Origin: Octopus vulgaris
Lineage: Eukaryota
Length of the DNA: 64,000 nt
Direction: 5' to 3'
Assembly (NCBI GenBank): GCA_951406725.2
Contig: OX597837.1
Location: 19,840,001-19,904,000, forward strand
The notes beneath the pieces were generated by a model. The model did not search any database and had not been told where the DNA came from. It saw only the letters and a program-made list of their open reading frames with translations. Positions 1 through 14,991 of the stretch are shown here, one piece after another. Position 1 is the stretch's first letter; the number at the start of each line of letters is the position of its first letter. The translations under genes were made by a program, and so were the position numbers.

Positions 1-107
1 AGGCAAAGTCGACCTCGGCGGAATTTGAACTCACAACATAACGACAGACGAAATACGGCTGCGCATTTCGCCCGGCGTGCTAACGTTTCTGCCAGCTCGC
101 CGCCTTC
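1..107 (-). mobile_element. tRNA-derived SINE family B, 5' part
   Basis: Reverse strand reads GGCGGCGAGCTGGCAGAAACGTTAGCACGCCGGGCGAAATGC...GAGTTCAAATTCCGCCGAGGTCGACTTTGCCT, with A-box-like and B-box-like motifs; more than 10 related copies in the window. Confidence 0.85.
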
Positions 108-109
108 GA

Positions 110-735
110 TTATGCTGTTTCTGTCTGGCCAGTCCTCATTGAAATGGAGTACCTCATAAGACATGACAGACTAGGGCAGAACACCCACTGGAATACTTGT
201 AAATTCTACAAAATTAAATCCGATGAAAGTAGTACAGGCACCATCCAGAGGATCTAGTAAATGGCGAGTGTCACCATCCTTTGGAACTTTCCAATACAAA
301 CAGAAAAATTGACTCCAATCAACCAGACATTGTGATCAAGGACGACAAGAGAGGAATTTGTCTGTTAATAGATATGTCTGTCCCACAAAATCAAAATGTC
401 TCTAAAAAAAGGAATATGAAATGTTTTCTCATTATAAAGACCGGAAAATTGAAATCACAAAAATGTGGAAGCTTAGTACTACCAGTGGTAATTGGTGCGT
501 TGGGAATGATAAAGAAGGGAGCTGAGAAGTATATTAAGCAACTCCCTGGTAACTCCAATCTCCGTGAACTACAAGAGAAAACCCTGTTGGGTACAGCCCA
601 TATACTATGGCAAGCACTCTCCATCTAAAATGGAATAAATGTGGTAATAGAAAAACAAAAGTGCCCTTGCTGCTCTTGGCCTCTGGAGGAGGCCCGGTAC
701 TAAGGCAGCTGAAATGAAGTTATAATGAAAGGAAA
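110..735 (+). mobile_element. R4/Dong-type non-LTR retrotransposon, degraded 3' fragment (restriction-like endonuclease and 3' UTR)
   Basis: RHD..G...HW motif, then QPDIVIKDDKRGICLLIDMSVP (PD-(D/E)xK), PVVIGALG and LLGTAHIL; ends in a (CAA)/(TAA)n tail. Confidence 0.85.
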
Positions 736-774
736 CAACAACAACAGCAATAATAATAATAATAATAATAATAA

Positions 775-960
775 TTCTTTCGACAATAGGTTTGAAATTT
801 TGGAGGAGACGACTAGTCGTTTAACTCGATACGAGTGTTTCACTGGTACTTAATTTATCGACCATGAAAAAATGAAAGACAAAGTCGACTTATAAGTAAA
901 GGCGGACGTAATGCCGCTAGGCATTTTGTGAAGCATGCTAGCGATTCTGCTAACCTTAGG
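775..960 (-). mobile_element. SINE family B, degraded
   Basis: CACTGGTACTTAATTTATCGACC...AAAGTCGAC...ATGCTAGCGATTCTGC matches the other family B copies. Confidence 0.7.
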
Positions 961-999
961 AATAATAATAATTATCATAATAATAATATTAATAATAAT

Positions 1000-1440
1000 A
1001 ACAATGGAAAAACTATCAAAATACAAGGATCTTGAAATTGAAATATTCAAGATGTGGGGTATGAAGGTAAAAGCAATACCATAAATGATCAGAGCATTAG
1101 ATATGGTTTTAAAAATATGAAGAGAAACATAAGAGCCATACCAGGGTTTTCCGCATTGCTCTCTGCCCTCCATCCAATTTTGTGCAAGACGCTATCAATT
1201 CAATACAATAGCTCATATAGAACAATTTTTACACACAACACACCCTCTATGCAGCAAGTATCTAATGGCCTGAAACAACACGTGCTAACACAACTTACAT
1301 TACACACCTCACACACAACAGAACAAGCACTCATATAATAAAGAGACAAACTGATGTACCAACCGGAGGAGTTGATACACCCCAATCCCCACAAGTCCCA
1401 CACACCTCAGGAACACTGGGGTACATCAAGAGTAAGAAAA
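1000..1440 (+). mobile_element. R4/Dong-type 3' fragment with 3' UTR
   Basis: EKLSKYKDLEIEIFKMWGMKVKAIP...CKTLSIQ, starting directly after a (TAA)n tract. Confidence 0.75.
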
Positions 1441-1444
1441 AAAT

Positions 1445-1695
1445 GAAGTTATCTTCTCTAGTCATGCTGACTCATAAGGGCTTGTTTCACAGTTTTCATG
1501 GCCTAGGAATTCCCCGGTTGGACGGGACGACTGTCTATCGCAGTATTACTCATTTTTGTCAGCTGAGTGGACTGGAGCAACGTGAAATGAAGTGCTTTGC
1601 TGAAGAACACACCGCGTGGCCAGGTCCAGGAATCGAAACCACAATCTTATGACCACGATTCCCACACCCTAACCACTAAGCCACGCGCCTCTACG
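1445..1695 (-). mobile_element. tRNA-derived SINE family C
   Basis: Reverse strand: GAGGCGCGTGGCTTAGTGGTTAGG (A box)...GGTTTCGATTCC (B box)...TTTCACGTTGCTCCAGTCCACTCAGCTG body. Confidence 0.85.
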
Positions 1696-1968
1696 GTGCA
1701 CAAAGTGGGGCAATGAAAACTCTCGTGAAACTATTGAAAAGGATAAGATATCAGCTGCGGTGGCGAAGTGGAAAACTGACGAAATATTGACAAAATGGGG
1801 GCCGGGAGCCATTTAAAACCAGGAAATTTCCAAGGATGCTTAATGTCCGTCACCACTTTTGTTCCTAGCTCTAGCCTCTCGGACGAACTTGCTGAAAGGC
1901 AACACCGCGGGATGGAGAAGCTTTGAACAAAACATAAATCGTCTCTTCCATATGGACGACTTAAAAAT

Positions 1969-2216
1969 CATTTTACGGAGATGTACTTGCATAGCAAGTG
2001 ACCTGATCTGAGATAGTGTGCTGGAACGAAAGCAATTGCAGCGTGGAAGGTGTTTATACGCCATTTAAGAATGCAGCACGGAATTTTGTCTGTGAACAGG
2101 TCGCGGTCTCAAAACGACGAAAATATTTTGACAAATTAAATTTAATTGTTGAAGTGAATCTAACGGTTTTTGTGTGTTTCTTAAATGGCTTATAAACACC
2201 TTCCACGCTGCAATTG
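1969..2216. mobile_element. Inverted-repeat (MITE-like) insert with 8-bp flanking duplication
   Basis: 39-bp inverted repeat 2033-2071 / 2178-2216; TTAAAAAT at 1961-1968 and 2217-2224; removing it restores DDLKIFA. Confidence 0.7.
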
Positions 2217-2574
2217 TTAAAAATATTTGCAAGAAATAAAACTGAATCAGAAAACCTACAAAAGTCTAAAGTCTAAAAGCTCCAGCAAAGACATCTGAAT
2301 CACTGTGAGGGTTAGAGACAAGTGAACCGTAACGATAAAAGTCAATCAATTAGCACTGGGAATATGGCGCTTTGACATAAGCACTGAAATTAGAGAATGT
2401 AACCACAATCATCCATACAATTATCTAGTAATAGGCGAAACACTACAACACATGGAAATACAAAAGGAAATTAGCGAAGAATACTATAGACGAATTCAAT
2501 TAATATTCAAAACTGAACTTCATCCAAGGAATAAGATAACAGGTAAAATATGCTAGCCATGTTGTAATAAAATA

Positions 2575-2784
2575 CAGGGTGTTCCAGAAGTTGCTCACCA
2601 TCCTGGTTTTTTAAAAGAAGACACCCTTATTGATTTCGAAAACGCTTTATTGAAATCAATCGTAGCAAATGCTCAAATTGAGCAGCCTCTACAATAAAAC
2701 ATGCAGAAAAAAATATAATAAAATAAAATGCTTTAATTATTTTTAATGAAAACCAGAATGGTGCGCGACTTCTGGAACACCCTG
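2575..2784. mobile_element. Tc1/mariner-type MITE
   Basis: TIRs CAGGGTGTTCCAGAAGT...ACTTCTGGAACACCCTG, TA on both sides. Confidence 0.85.
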
Positions 2785-2789
2785 TATAA

Positions 2790-2990
2790 AGACCCCCTTC
2801 GGTCATGAATGACCATGGGATTGCACCTAGAAAGTTACCCTCCTAGACACAAGTCCGGGCACAGCTGAGTGAACTGGAGCAACGTGAAATAAAGTGCTTT
2901 GCTCAAGAACACAACACGCAGCCCGGTCCGGGATTCGAGCTCACAACCTCACGATCGTAAGATCGACGCTCTAACCACTGAGCCATGCGC
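2790..2990 (-). mobile_element. SINE family C variant
   Basis: Reverse strand: GCGCATGGCTCAGTGGTTAGAGCG...CTCGAATCCC tRNA head, shared body, different 3' tail. Confidence 0.85.
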
Positions 2991-3348
2991 AACAAACCAG
3001 AAAGGTGCGCGACTTCTGGGACAGCCTGTATAGTTTCAATATAATAAACTAGAGGCTAGTAACTTGACAGCAAAACTAGGAAATTATTAACAGCATACTG
3101 ATGCTACCATTCCAAAGCAGAGATAAACAAAATATGCCTAAGCTACACATAAGGAGGACGATACCTGACATAAAAAGAAAATTACAGACTGGAAAAATAT
3201 TTAGAAACAAACACTGAGGACTGATGAATGTAATAAAGAGGAAAAACACAAAACGTTTCTCTATATACAAACAAGTTTAAAGTACGAAGCAGAAATATGT
3301 TTTTACTGCATAGACTAAGTTTTTAATGAAAAACACAACAAAGATATA

Positions 3349-3772
3349 GGCGTAGGAGTGGCTGTGTGGTAAGTAGCTTGCTTACCAACCACATGGTTCC
3401 GGGTTCAGTCCCACTGCGTGGAACCTTCGGCAAGTGTCTTCTACTATAGCCTCGGGCCGACTAAAGCCTTGTGAGTGGATTTGGTAGACGGAAACTGAAA
3501 GAAGCCCGTCGTATATATGTATATATATGTGTGTGTGTATGTGTGTGTGTATGTTTGTGTGTTAGTGTTTGTCCCATCCAACATCGCTTGACAACCGATG
3601 CTGGTGTGTTTATGTTCCCATAACTTATCGGTTCGGCAAAAGAGACCGATAGAATAAGTACTAGGCTTACAAAGAATAAGTACTGGGGTCGATTTGCTCG
3701 ACTAAAGGTGGTGCTCCAGCATGGCCACAGTCAAATGACTGAAACAAGTAAAAGAGTAAAAGAGAGAGTAAA
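3349..3772 (+). mobile_element. tRNA-derived SINE family A, full length with internal (TA/TG)n
   Basis: GGAGTGGCTGTGTGGTAAG (A box)...GGTTCAGTCCC (B box)...GACTGAAACAAGTAAAAGAG tail; several related copies in the window. Confidence 0.85.
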
Positions 3773-4496
3773 GATTGTTAAAAAAAAAACAGAAAAAGCA
3801 TGGAAACAGAATTACAAAACATCCTCAAGAAGAAATGGGGATAAAATCTACCCCATGGCCAATATCCCGCTATGCTCAATATAGAAGAGCTAAATTAGAG
3901 TTAAAAGCAACAATGACTCAGTAGCTGAGGCCTAAAAGTAGAAATGGAGAACAGGTCATCTCGCTGCGCAAAACCAATGCGTGACCACAAACAATTATAA
4001 GAACCAAGTCATAGAAACGGATCTTAACACCAAATGCAGAATATACAAGCAGCAGAATGAGAGAGTTGACCTCAGCATCTTTGGCTTCCGTTCACTACTG
4101 AATCTGAATGAATAAATACACCCAGACATTATCGAGTGGGCAGCTATATTCAGAAATCATATTCTCGGTATGCCTATGCATTCAAGGATTGTTGTTAATG
4201 AGAACCAGGAGAAAAATGCTTCATAATCGACATACCAATTAGAAAAGAAATGGAAAACTATTGAAATACAAAGTTCTAGAAATAGGAATAACCTGAATGG
4301 GAGGCCTGAAAACAGAAACAAACAGCATAATAATAGTAGGTGCTTTGAATATGACAGAGAAACATGCAGACAAATACACAACCGAAACGCCCAGGACTTG
4401 CGAATATATTTAATATAAAGAAAATAGCACAGCGAAACACCGCACACGTTTTATGTCGAACAATATCAATACAGTAAAACAAACCACAGCACATAA

Positions 4497-4760
4497 TCTG
4501 GAGATGTTGCCACTTCAGCGCAGTTTGCGCATCATTAGCAACAGCATGCCAACTCTTCCCTCAGCGGCTGCTGACAGCAGATGGGTCTCCTCACGAGCAG
4601 AACACGCCCCGTCCACATAATATGCAAGAGCAAGCGCTCCAGCTCGATCAACCACTAAGTAGAGCAAGATACGACGCTCAGGCGGTAGTAGAAGACGGAA
4701 GTTATGTACACATTCACTACTTCCACCCGACCTTTCAGGGACAGCATTTTCTCTGCCCTT
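4497..4760 (-). mobile_element. L1/Tx1-clade LINE fragment (region after the RT core)
   Basis: Reverse translation LSLKGRVEVVNVYITSVFYYRLSVVSC...ELERLLLHIMWTG...VRR; resembles the 57.7-57.9 kb segment. Confidence 0.75.
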
Positions 4761-4789
4761 TTCTGAAAAATGATAAGGATTTCTGACAT

Positions 4790-5180
4790 TATGGCGTATG
4801 GTGCCACGTAATTGACTTTAGAGTCCCAAATGATGAGATAACAAAGTACCAGGACCTAACTAGCCATTGAGTCACAAAGTCTATGGAAAGTGCAGATAAA
4901 ATGTATCCCTGTAGACATAGGTGCATTAGAGACTATTCCTAAAGGATTGAACAGGTGGATAGAAGAAATAGGCATAAAACCTAGTTTAGTGCAGCTCCAG
5001 AAAATGGTATACTTAGGGACAACTCGGATACTGGGGGAAGCATCTAAGGTTACTTCCCGGTGTTAGGAATTTTTCCAAGTCTAATCTGTTAAGCGAAAAG
5101 GAATCAACAACAACAACAACAATAATAATTTGAAGAAATAAGCATAAAACTTAGTTTAGTGCAGCTTCAGAAAGCAGTAT
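4790..5180 (+). mobile_element. R4/Dong-type 3' fragments (second subfamily)
   Basis: CHVIDFRVPND..KYQDL..LWKVQIKCIPVDIGALETIPKGLNRWIEEIGIKPSLVQLQK..LGTTRIL; (CAA)/(TAA) tail; partial second copy at 5130-5180; same family as 18520-18730. Confidence 0.8.
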
Positions 5181-5184
5181 TATT

Positions 5185-5402
5185 ACATTGCTCCCGTCCA
5201 TTCAACCGGCAAAATGAGTTGTACCTGTAAATCACAGAGCCAGCCTTAACACAGTCTGTGTCACGCTGAACCTCCTTGAGAAATATCTAAGGGTATGCAT
5301 GTCTGTAGAGTGCTCAGCCACTTGCATGTTAATTTGACGAGCAAACTGTTCTGTTAATCGGATCAGCTAGAACCCCCGTTGTCATAACCGACGGAGTACC
5401 AG
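5185..5402 (+). mobile_element. SINE family C, 3' portion
   Basis: Matches the reverse complement of the 39945-40130 tail (GTGTCACGCTGAA...GAGTGCTCAGCCACTT...AACCGACGGAGT). Confidence 0.7.
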
Positions 5403-5539
5403 TTGTAGTTTGACGTCAGTTTTATTCATAATCTGTTTCAGTGGGACATACCCGGGGTCTGTTGCTGGAGCTGAATTTCTGGTAAATAACTCGCCAAGGA
5501 ACTTTAGTGCTACTAGAAGAAATCCACCAGGCTGGGTTT

Positions 5540-5677
5540 TGTAACAGGTCCCAGGTTCAACCCCAGCGCGTTACACTTTGGTCTAGTGTCTTCTATTGCA
5601 CTGCCTCGGTCAAAGCCCCATGAGTAGGTTTGGGGGACAGAAACTGAAAGAAACGCGTCATGTGCGTGTGCGAGTGT

Positions 5678-5733
<56 letters not shown>

Positions 5734-5922
5734 TTGTGAGTGTGTGTTTGTTCCCTGTTTCGGTTCGGCAAAAGAGACCTGTAAAGTAAGTAGCAGGCTT
5801 TAAAAAGAAATAGGAACAAGTAGTGGGATCGATTCCTTCGACTTAAAATTCCTCAAGGCGGCGCCCCAGCATGGCCGCAGTCTAATGACTGAAGCAAGTA
5901 AAAGATAAAAAAGATAAAAAGG
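5540..5922 (+). mobile_element. SINE family A, degraded
   Basis: GGTTCAACCCC...AACTGAAAGAA..(TG)n..CGGTTCGGCAAAAGAGACC...CCAGCATGGCCGCAGTCTAATGACTGAAGCAAGTAAAAGA. Confidence 0.8.
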
Positions 5923-6109
5923 ATACTTCACACATCTTATGTACGGTATTATTCATACAATTGACAATGACAGCACTTAGCACTTAAAACATATTATGTC
6001 GGTTATTATGAAATATACAAGATCAAAATGGTCGAGATATTTAGGCTAACAGGCCAGATATTGTGGTAAATATAGTTTGCTCATTATTTGGAGCAAACTA
6101 TATTTACCA

Positions 6110-6177
6110 CATATGGAGTTGTGGTTAAGAGCACGTGATATTAGCCTCAAGATTCCGAGTTCGATTCCAGGCTGTGA

Positions 6178-6182
<5 letters not shown>
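6110..6182 (+). mobile_element. Bare tRNA-like head joined directly to (TAA)n
   Basis: ATGGAGTTGTGGTTAAGAGCAC (A box)...GAGTTCGATTCC (B box), then immediately GAATAATAAT. Confidence 0.6.
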
Positions 6183-6216
<34 letters not shown>

Positions 6217-6228
6217 GAAGAAGAAGAA

Positions 6229-6720
6229 GAAGTGTTATCATGTACATTGTTTTGTCTTGGTATAATAATAATAGCAAATATTCTGCTCAATAATAGATTT
6301 GCTTGTCAGTTGTTTGGCCTTAACCAGTTGAGCATGTCCCTTAGTGGCTGACGATATGTGCATTTCTGATCACGAGCAGAAGTAGTGGGGGAGCATCATG
6401 GCCATGTGTTGAGAGGGATTCTTTGGGGTTTGAATAATTCACCTCTGGAAACATAGGTGTTTCGTTCAACATCTTAAAGCAACCCTTATTCAGGGACCTT
6501 TGAGCAGGATGGACTACTCAACCTGAAGAAAATTCTAACTGGGCCCCACCTGCAAGGTCATGTGCTGTTTATCTTGATGTGAGATCACCATGTCGCGCAC
6601 ATATGGTTGTGATGCATGTGCCTGGTGTGCCTTTATCAGACGGGTAGTCATGATGGGTATATTGGGCTTCGTATATTTTACCCCAGTGTCACTTTGATGG
6701 CATGAACTGCTCTCTCACTC
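6229..6720 (+). mobile_element. ~550-bp (TAA)n-associated non-autonomous element, 5'-truncated copy
   Basis: High similarity to the other copies; ends CTGCTCTCTCACTC followed by (AAT)n. Confidence 0.9.
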
Positions 6721-6767
<47 letters not shown>

Positions 6768-6770
6768 ATG

Positions 6771-6897
<127 letters not shown>

Positions 6898-6900
6898 TAA

Positions 6901-6985
<85 letters not shown>

Positions 6986-7274
6986 GTTTGAATAATTCAC
7001 CTCTGAAACATGGGTGTTTCGTTCAACGTCCTTAAACAACCCTATTCAGGGACCTTTTGAGCGGATGGGTTACTCGATCTGAAGAAAATTCTAACTGGAC
7101 TCCACCTGCAAGGTCATGTGCTGTTTATCTTGATATGAGATCACCATGTCGCGCACATATGGTTGTGATGCATGTGCCTGGTGTACTTATCAGACGGGTA
7201 GTCATGATGGGTATACTGGGCTTCGTATATTTTACCCCAGTGTCACTTTGATGGCATGCTCTGCTCGCTCACTC
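6986..7274 (+). mobile_element. (TAA)n-associated element, 5'-truncated copy (3' half)
   Basis: Starts GTTTGAATAATTCACC, same 3' end, (AAT)n on both sides. Confidence 0.9.
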
Positions 7275-7291
7275 AATAATAATAATAATAA

Positions 7292-7818
7292 ATGCCCTGA
7301 TGCAGTACCAGACAGTGGCTCTCATGGCTTTTGATGTGAACCGAGCGGAAGTGTTAACATGTACATTATTTTATCATGGTATAAAAGATGGGCTACAGCA
7401 AATATTCTGTTTGACTTTAACCAGTTGAGCATGGTCCTTGGTGGCTGACGATATGTGCATCTCTGATCACGAGCAAAAGTAGTTAGGGAGCATCATAGCC
7501 GTGTGTTGAGAGGAAGTCTTTGGAGTTTGGATAATTCACCTTTGGAAACATGGGTGTTTCGTTGAACATCCTTAAACAACCCTTAATCAAGGAGCTTTGA
7601 GCGGGATGGGCTATTCGACCAAAATAAATTTCTAACTGGGTCCCACCTGCAAGGTTATGCGCTGTTTATCTTGATATGAGATCACCATGTCACGCACGTA
7701 TGGTTGTGATGCATGTGCCTGGTGTACCCTCATCAGACGGGTAGTCATGACTGGTATACTGGGCTTCGTATATTTTACCCCAGTGTCACTTTGATGACAT
7801 GCACTGCCCCTCTCACTC
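7292..7818 (+). mobile_element. (TAA)n-associated element, near full-length copy
   Basis: ATGCCCTGATGCAGTACCAG...TCTCACTC flanked by (AAT)n. Confidence 0.9.
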
Positions 7819-7909
<91 letters not shown>

Positions 7910-8553
7910 GTAATAATAATGATAATTTTTTGCATCACATCTATGAGGAGGACAATCATAATAATATTCGTCTTCATTCCATATCATCATTATCATCACG
8001 TTCCTCTTTCTCCTCCTCCCCTTCTTCCTCCTCATCATCATCAACAATCGTCTTGATAATTATGACGATCATCATCTGCAGCAGCAGCAGCAGCGGTGAC
8101 GGCAGCAGCATTGGCAGCAGCAGCAGCAGCAGCAACATCATGACCATCATCATGATCAGCATAATTCCCATGATCATCATCACCATTGAAGTTAGCATCA
8201 TCTTCAACACATTGGCCCCCTTTCCCACCACGACCACGACCACCACCACCACCACCACCACTTTGCCTCACCTTTAGTATATGTTTTTTCTTTCATGCTC
8301 CCCACCCTCACCCCGAACCCCAACATCCACCCACTCATCCATCTTACGGTAAAGGACCGTCTATCTCCGTTACAGTGTTTTGTTATCCATTCTCAGCAGC
8401 AGTCGTCACGAAGTTCGAAAAACCACATTGGGTAGGTTGTTGTTGTTGTTGCTGTTGTACAACAAACATGGCGTAGATTGGAGGGAGATTCAAGGAAGAG
8501 ATGAACGCAGATAGAAAGAGAGAAGAAAAAGGGGGGAGAAAGGCAGAGCAACA

Positions 8554-8606
<53 letters not shown>

Positions 8607-8890
8607 ATATCGGCGCTCAGCCTGTGTCCTGCCGTTGGTTGTCTTTCTTCCGAGATACATAACGACGATTTCTTGATATTTATCAACACACGACCTCCTT
8701 TGCGAAAATCCATTTATTCTAGTCGATAGCATCAATACTATTTAATACCAGCCAAGGAATCTTCTGCTTTAAATCGTTCCCCCACCTCAACCAAACACCG
8801 GTTCATACATGAAGTATACCATAATCCGAACACGAGCCGAGGAGAGGCGGTGGGGCAGGGTGAGGAGCTGAGGTGGGGGTGGGGGGCTCA

Positions 8891-9097
8891 GGAAGAAGGA
8901 GAAGAAGAAGAAGAAGAAGAAGAAGAAGAAGAAGAAGAAGAAGAAGAAGGAGAAGAAGAAGAAGAAGAAGAAGAAGGAGAAGAAGAAGAAGAAGAAGAAG
9001 AAGAAGAAGAAGAAGAAGAAGAAGAAGGAGAAGAAGAAGAAGAAGAAGAAGAAGAAGAAGAAGAAGAAGAAGAAGAAGAAGAAGAAGAAGAAGAAGA
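8891..9097. repeat. (GAA)n polypurine microsatellite with GGA interruptions
   Basis: Directly visible. Confidence 0.95.
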
Positions 9098-9320
9098 GGG
9101 AATGGGATGGGGGAAATTGGAAAAGCGGGGGAGAAGAGGGCGGAGACGGAGAAAGAGAGAAAAGAAGTAGACGGGGGTGGGGAGAAAGAAGGAAAGAACG
9201 AAAGGAAAACGAAAGAAAGAAAGAAAGAACACAGAAGGAAATATCCGTAGATTGATTTTGCTCACAGACCGCAGAGATATAGCTTGATTGAACATTTATC
9301 GAATCTACTTATGAATCTAG

Positions 9321-11520
<2,200 letters not shown>

Positions 11521-11714
11521 TAAGTAGGTAGGTAAGGTAATTCAGACTGAAATATAGAACTCAATACATCAGTATATGTTGTAATTTTATTATCAATAAT
11601 CGAAAAAATTACAGAGTGACTCAAGGACCGAATGTTTTATTTGTCTTTATGTTATGTTATATATGGAAACAAGTTGACAGTAAATTGAAGGATAACTCAA
11701 TTCTTTTCTGCAGA

Positions 11715-12530
<816 letters not shown>

Positions 12531-12641
12531 TTTTACGAGGGAAAGATTCTCAGTGACTTCATGATCAAATCGAAACTTCGAAGTCAATGTTAACATTACC
12601 TTTGTAATAGACGCGTTTATATATGTATATATATATATGTG

Positions 12642-12748
<107 letters not shown>

Positions 12749-13230
12749 CATATATAGATATATACATATATATATATATTTATATGTATGTATGCATATA
12801 TATATATATGTGCATGTGTATTTTTTCTTTTTTTCTTTTACATTCAATAGGTTCAGTCTGAAGGCTGAGGCCATGCTGGAACACCGCCAGTGTAATCACC
12901 CACGGCCCTCTTTCGAGTTTCCTGTCGTGATATATGTTCATCTGGAACCTTCGACAGCAAGAGGCCAAGTTGCTTCTTCAAGACATCTATATTATGCATA
13001 TGTATGTGTGTTAATCTATGTGTATGAATATATGAGTGTCTATGTATGTATGTATAAACTTAAGTGAATATTTATGTTTTTTTTAAATTTCATACGTAAA
13101 TGCTTTGTTATATATACAAATATATGTACAAACGTTTATACAAATACATATATGCATACATTCACACACACACACACACATGCACAGATACCCACACACG
13201 CACACACTCTCTCACACATACATACACACA

Positions 13231-13284
<54 letters not shown>

Positions 13285-13290
<6 letters not shown>

Positions 13291-13458
13291 GTGTACATTT
13301 AAACACATACGAATTATCCATCATATGACTCCATGGATGTTTCTTATGTGTTTAAATGTACACTGTATTTATATGAATAATATATAGTCTATTGATTAAA
13401 TTTTTACACGCTTGGCCACTGGTAATGGAAATTTCTAATTACCCTTGATATCATTAAT

Positions 13459-13460
<2 letters not shown>
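13285..13460. mobile_element. (TA)n-embedded interspersed repeat with terminal fold-back
   Basis: AGTGTACATTTAAACACATA...TATGTGTTTAAATGTACACT inverted repeat; about 13345-13455 matches the reverse complement of about 49430-49550. Confidence 0.6.
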
Positions 13461-13519
<59 letters not shown>

Positions 13520-13864
13520 AACTGAAGGGAAATTAGCAGTTAGCAAATGTCATAAAATATGAAAATATTTCGTTTCGTTTACAACAATGTTGTACGATAA
13601 TAATGAGAATATATATATCATGATGTTGAGCACATGCATTCGTTTCCGGCAAAATGTTAATCGGTGGATCATTCATCCGACAATCTCCGCAAAACGCAAA
13701 CACAGCAAAGCTTGTGTTCTTTGTCGGAGACCAGCTTCTTAGCAGATGAGAATATTTAATGGAATCACAGTGAAGGGACTTTTATTCATAACCACGCAAG
13801 TAAGTAACAAATGAACGTAAGCTCACATGAATATGAATTTTATGTTCCAAAGGATTGCAAGCAT

Positions 13865-14090
13865 GCTTACCCAGTTTCTATGGCTTATAAGGGACTAAGT
13901 TCACTGGATTCCAGTTTGGACAGGATTCTAGTCCTTGGCAGGGTTACTCATTTACAGCAAAATGGTCTAGAGTAACGTGGAATGAAGTGTTTATCTCAAG
14001 AACACAGCACACCGACAGATCAAGGAATCGAAATCACAATTTTGTGATCATGAATGCAATACCTTGACCTCGAGGTCACGTGACTTCGCA
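13865..14090 (-). mobile_element. SINE family C, old copy
   Basis: GGTTACTCATTT...AACGTGGAATGAAGTGTTTATCTCAAGAACACAGCAC...GGAATCGAAATCACAAT. Confidence 0.65.
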
Positions 14091-14404
14091 GACAACTAAA
14101 TAGAAATCTCAAAATTCTATAGCAAGATTATCTATGTAGTTTCGTACTCATAATCATTTGAAAAAGTTTGAGTTTCCGAGAAGTGAAAAATAATGTGAAA
14201 CAAAAAGTTTGTGTATTCAGTCGATAAGTAAAACTGGGAATATTCGAACATTTTAAAAATTCCAACGGTGAATCGTTGTTGAAACAGTTCTGGTTTACGA
14301 TCTCCAGATTCTCATAATAAAGTCTACCGAGTCATTTAATCTGGTCTTCGAGTTGATCTTTCTTGGAGCTTTTATTACAGTCTCCTTGTAACTTTCAGTT
14401 TATA

Positions 14405-14620
14405 TGTTTTAATAAATTAAGCGATTTTCTGGTAGTTTCATTGATATAAGTTTGATTCTAGTTTAATGGAAGTTTGATGGCATTTGATTGTGATTTAATG
14501 GTTATTTAAAAGTTTCTAATTGTAGATTAATGGCTGTTTAATATCCATTTCATGATTATAATAACGATTAAGAATTGGCTAAACGATATTTAACGGTATA
14601 TAAAAACTGTTTTAATGAGG
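14405..14620. repeat. Cryptic ~11-bp tandem repeat (TTTAATGGNNN)
   Basis: TTTAATGGAAG TTTGATGGCA TTTGATTGTGA TTTAATGGTTA ... ATTAATGGCTG TTTAATATCCA. Confidence 0.55.
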
Positions 14621-14820
14621 GGGTGATGCTTACTGTTATTGCTATTTAGCCCCACACCAACCCTGACTGAGTAAACTTATCTTCAGGGGCATTCCAACTA
14701 TGATCAATGATCATTTCGTTGTTCTAAAATACATATCTAGAACGTCATCGGCCAATATTCACCTCCTTTATCAGAAGGTGGACTGGAATTTAAGAGAGAT
14801 TTAGCTCGACTAATTACAGT

Positions 14821-14991
14821 TCTATATTTAAGAGATGAGGAATTATGTACATTATTTACATTATTTACATTTGACGGATATTTGTCCTCATCTTGTTTGT
14901 TGTTATCAGCCGAAACGTTGTGTTAACAACAAACAAGATGAGGACGAATATCCGTCAAATGTAAATAATGTAAATAATGTAAATATTGTGT
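14821..14991. mobile_element. Fold-back insertion with 17-bp target-site duplication, probably Penelope-like
   Basis: 58-bp inverted arms 14848-14905 / 14924-14981; GCTCGACTAATTACAGT at 14804-14820 and 14992-15008; the loop holds a hammerhead-like half CCGAAACGTT. Confidence 0.75.

Larger units (their letters stand above)
1705..4490 (+). mobile_element. Long degraded R4/Dong-type element (RT, zinc knuckle, endonuclease end) interrupted by nested inserts
   Basis: Remnants of GxFQG..S...FVLAL, INRLFHMDDLK|IFA (RT catalytic motif split by an insert), RRIQLIFKTEL..RNKI, YSFNIIN, HGQYP, KCRI and AHVLCRTISIQ*; many stops and frameshifts. Confidence 0.75.
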
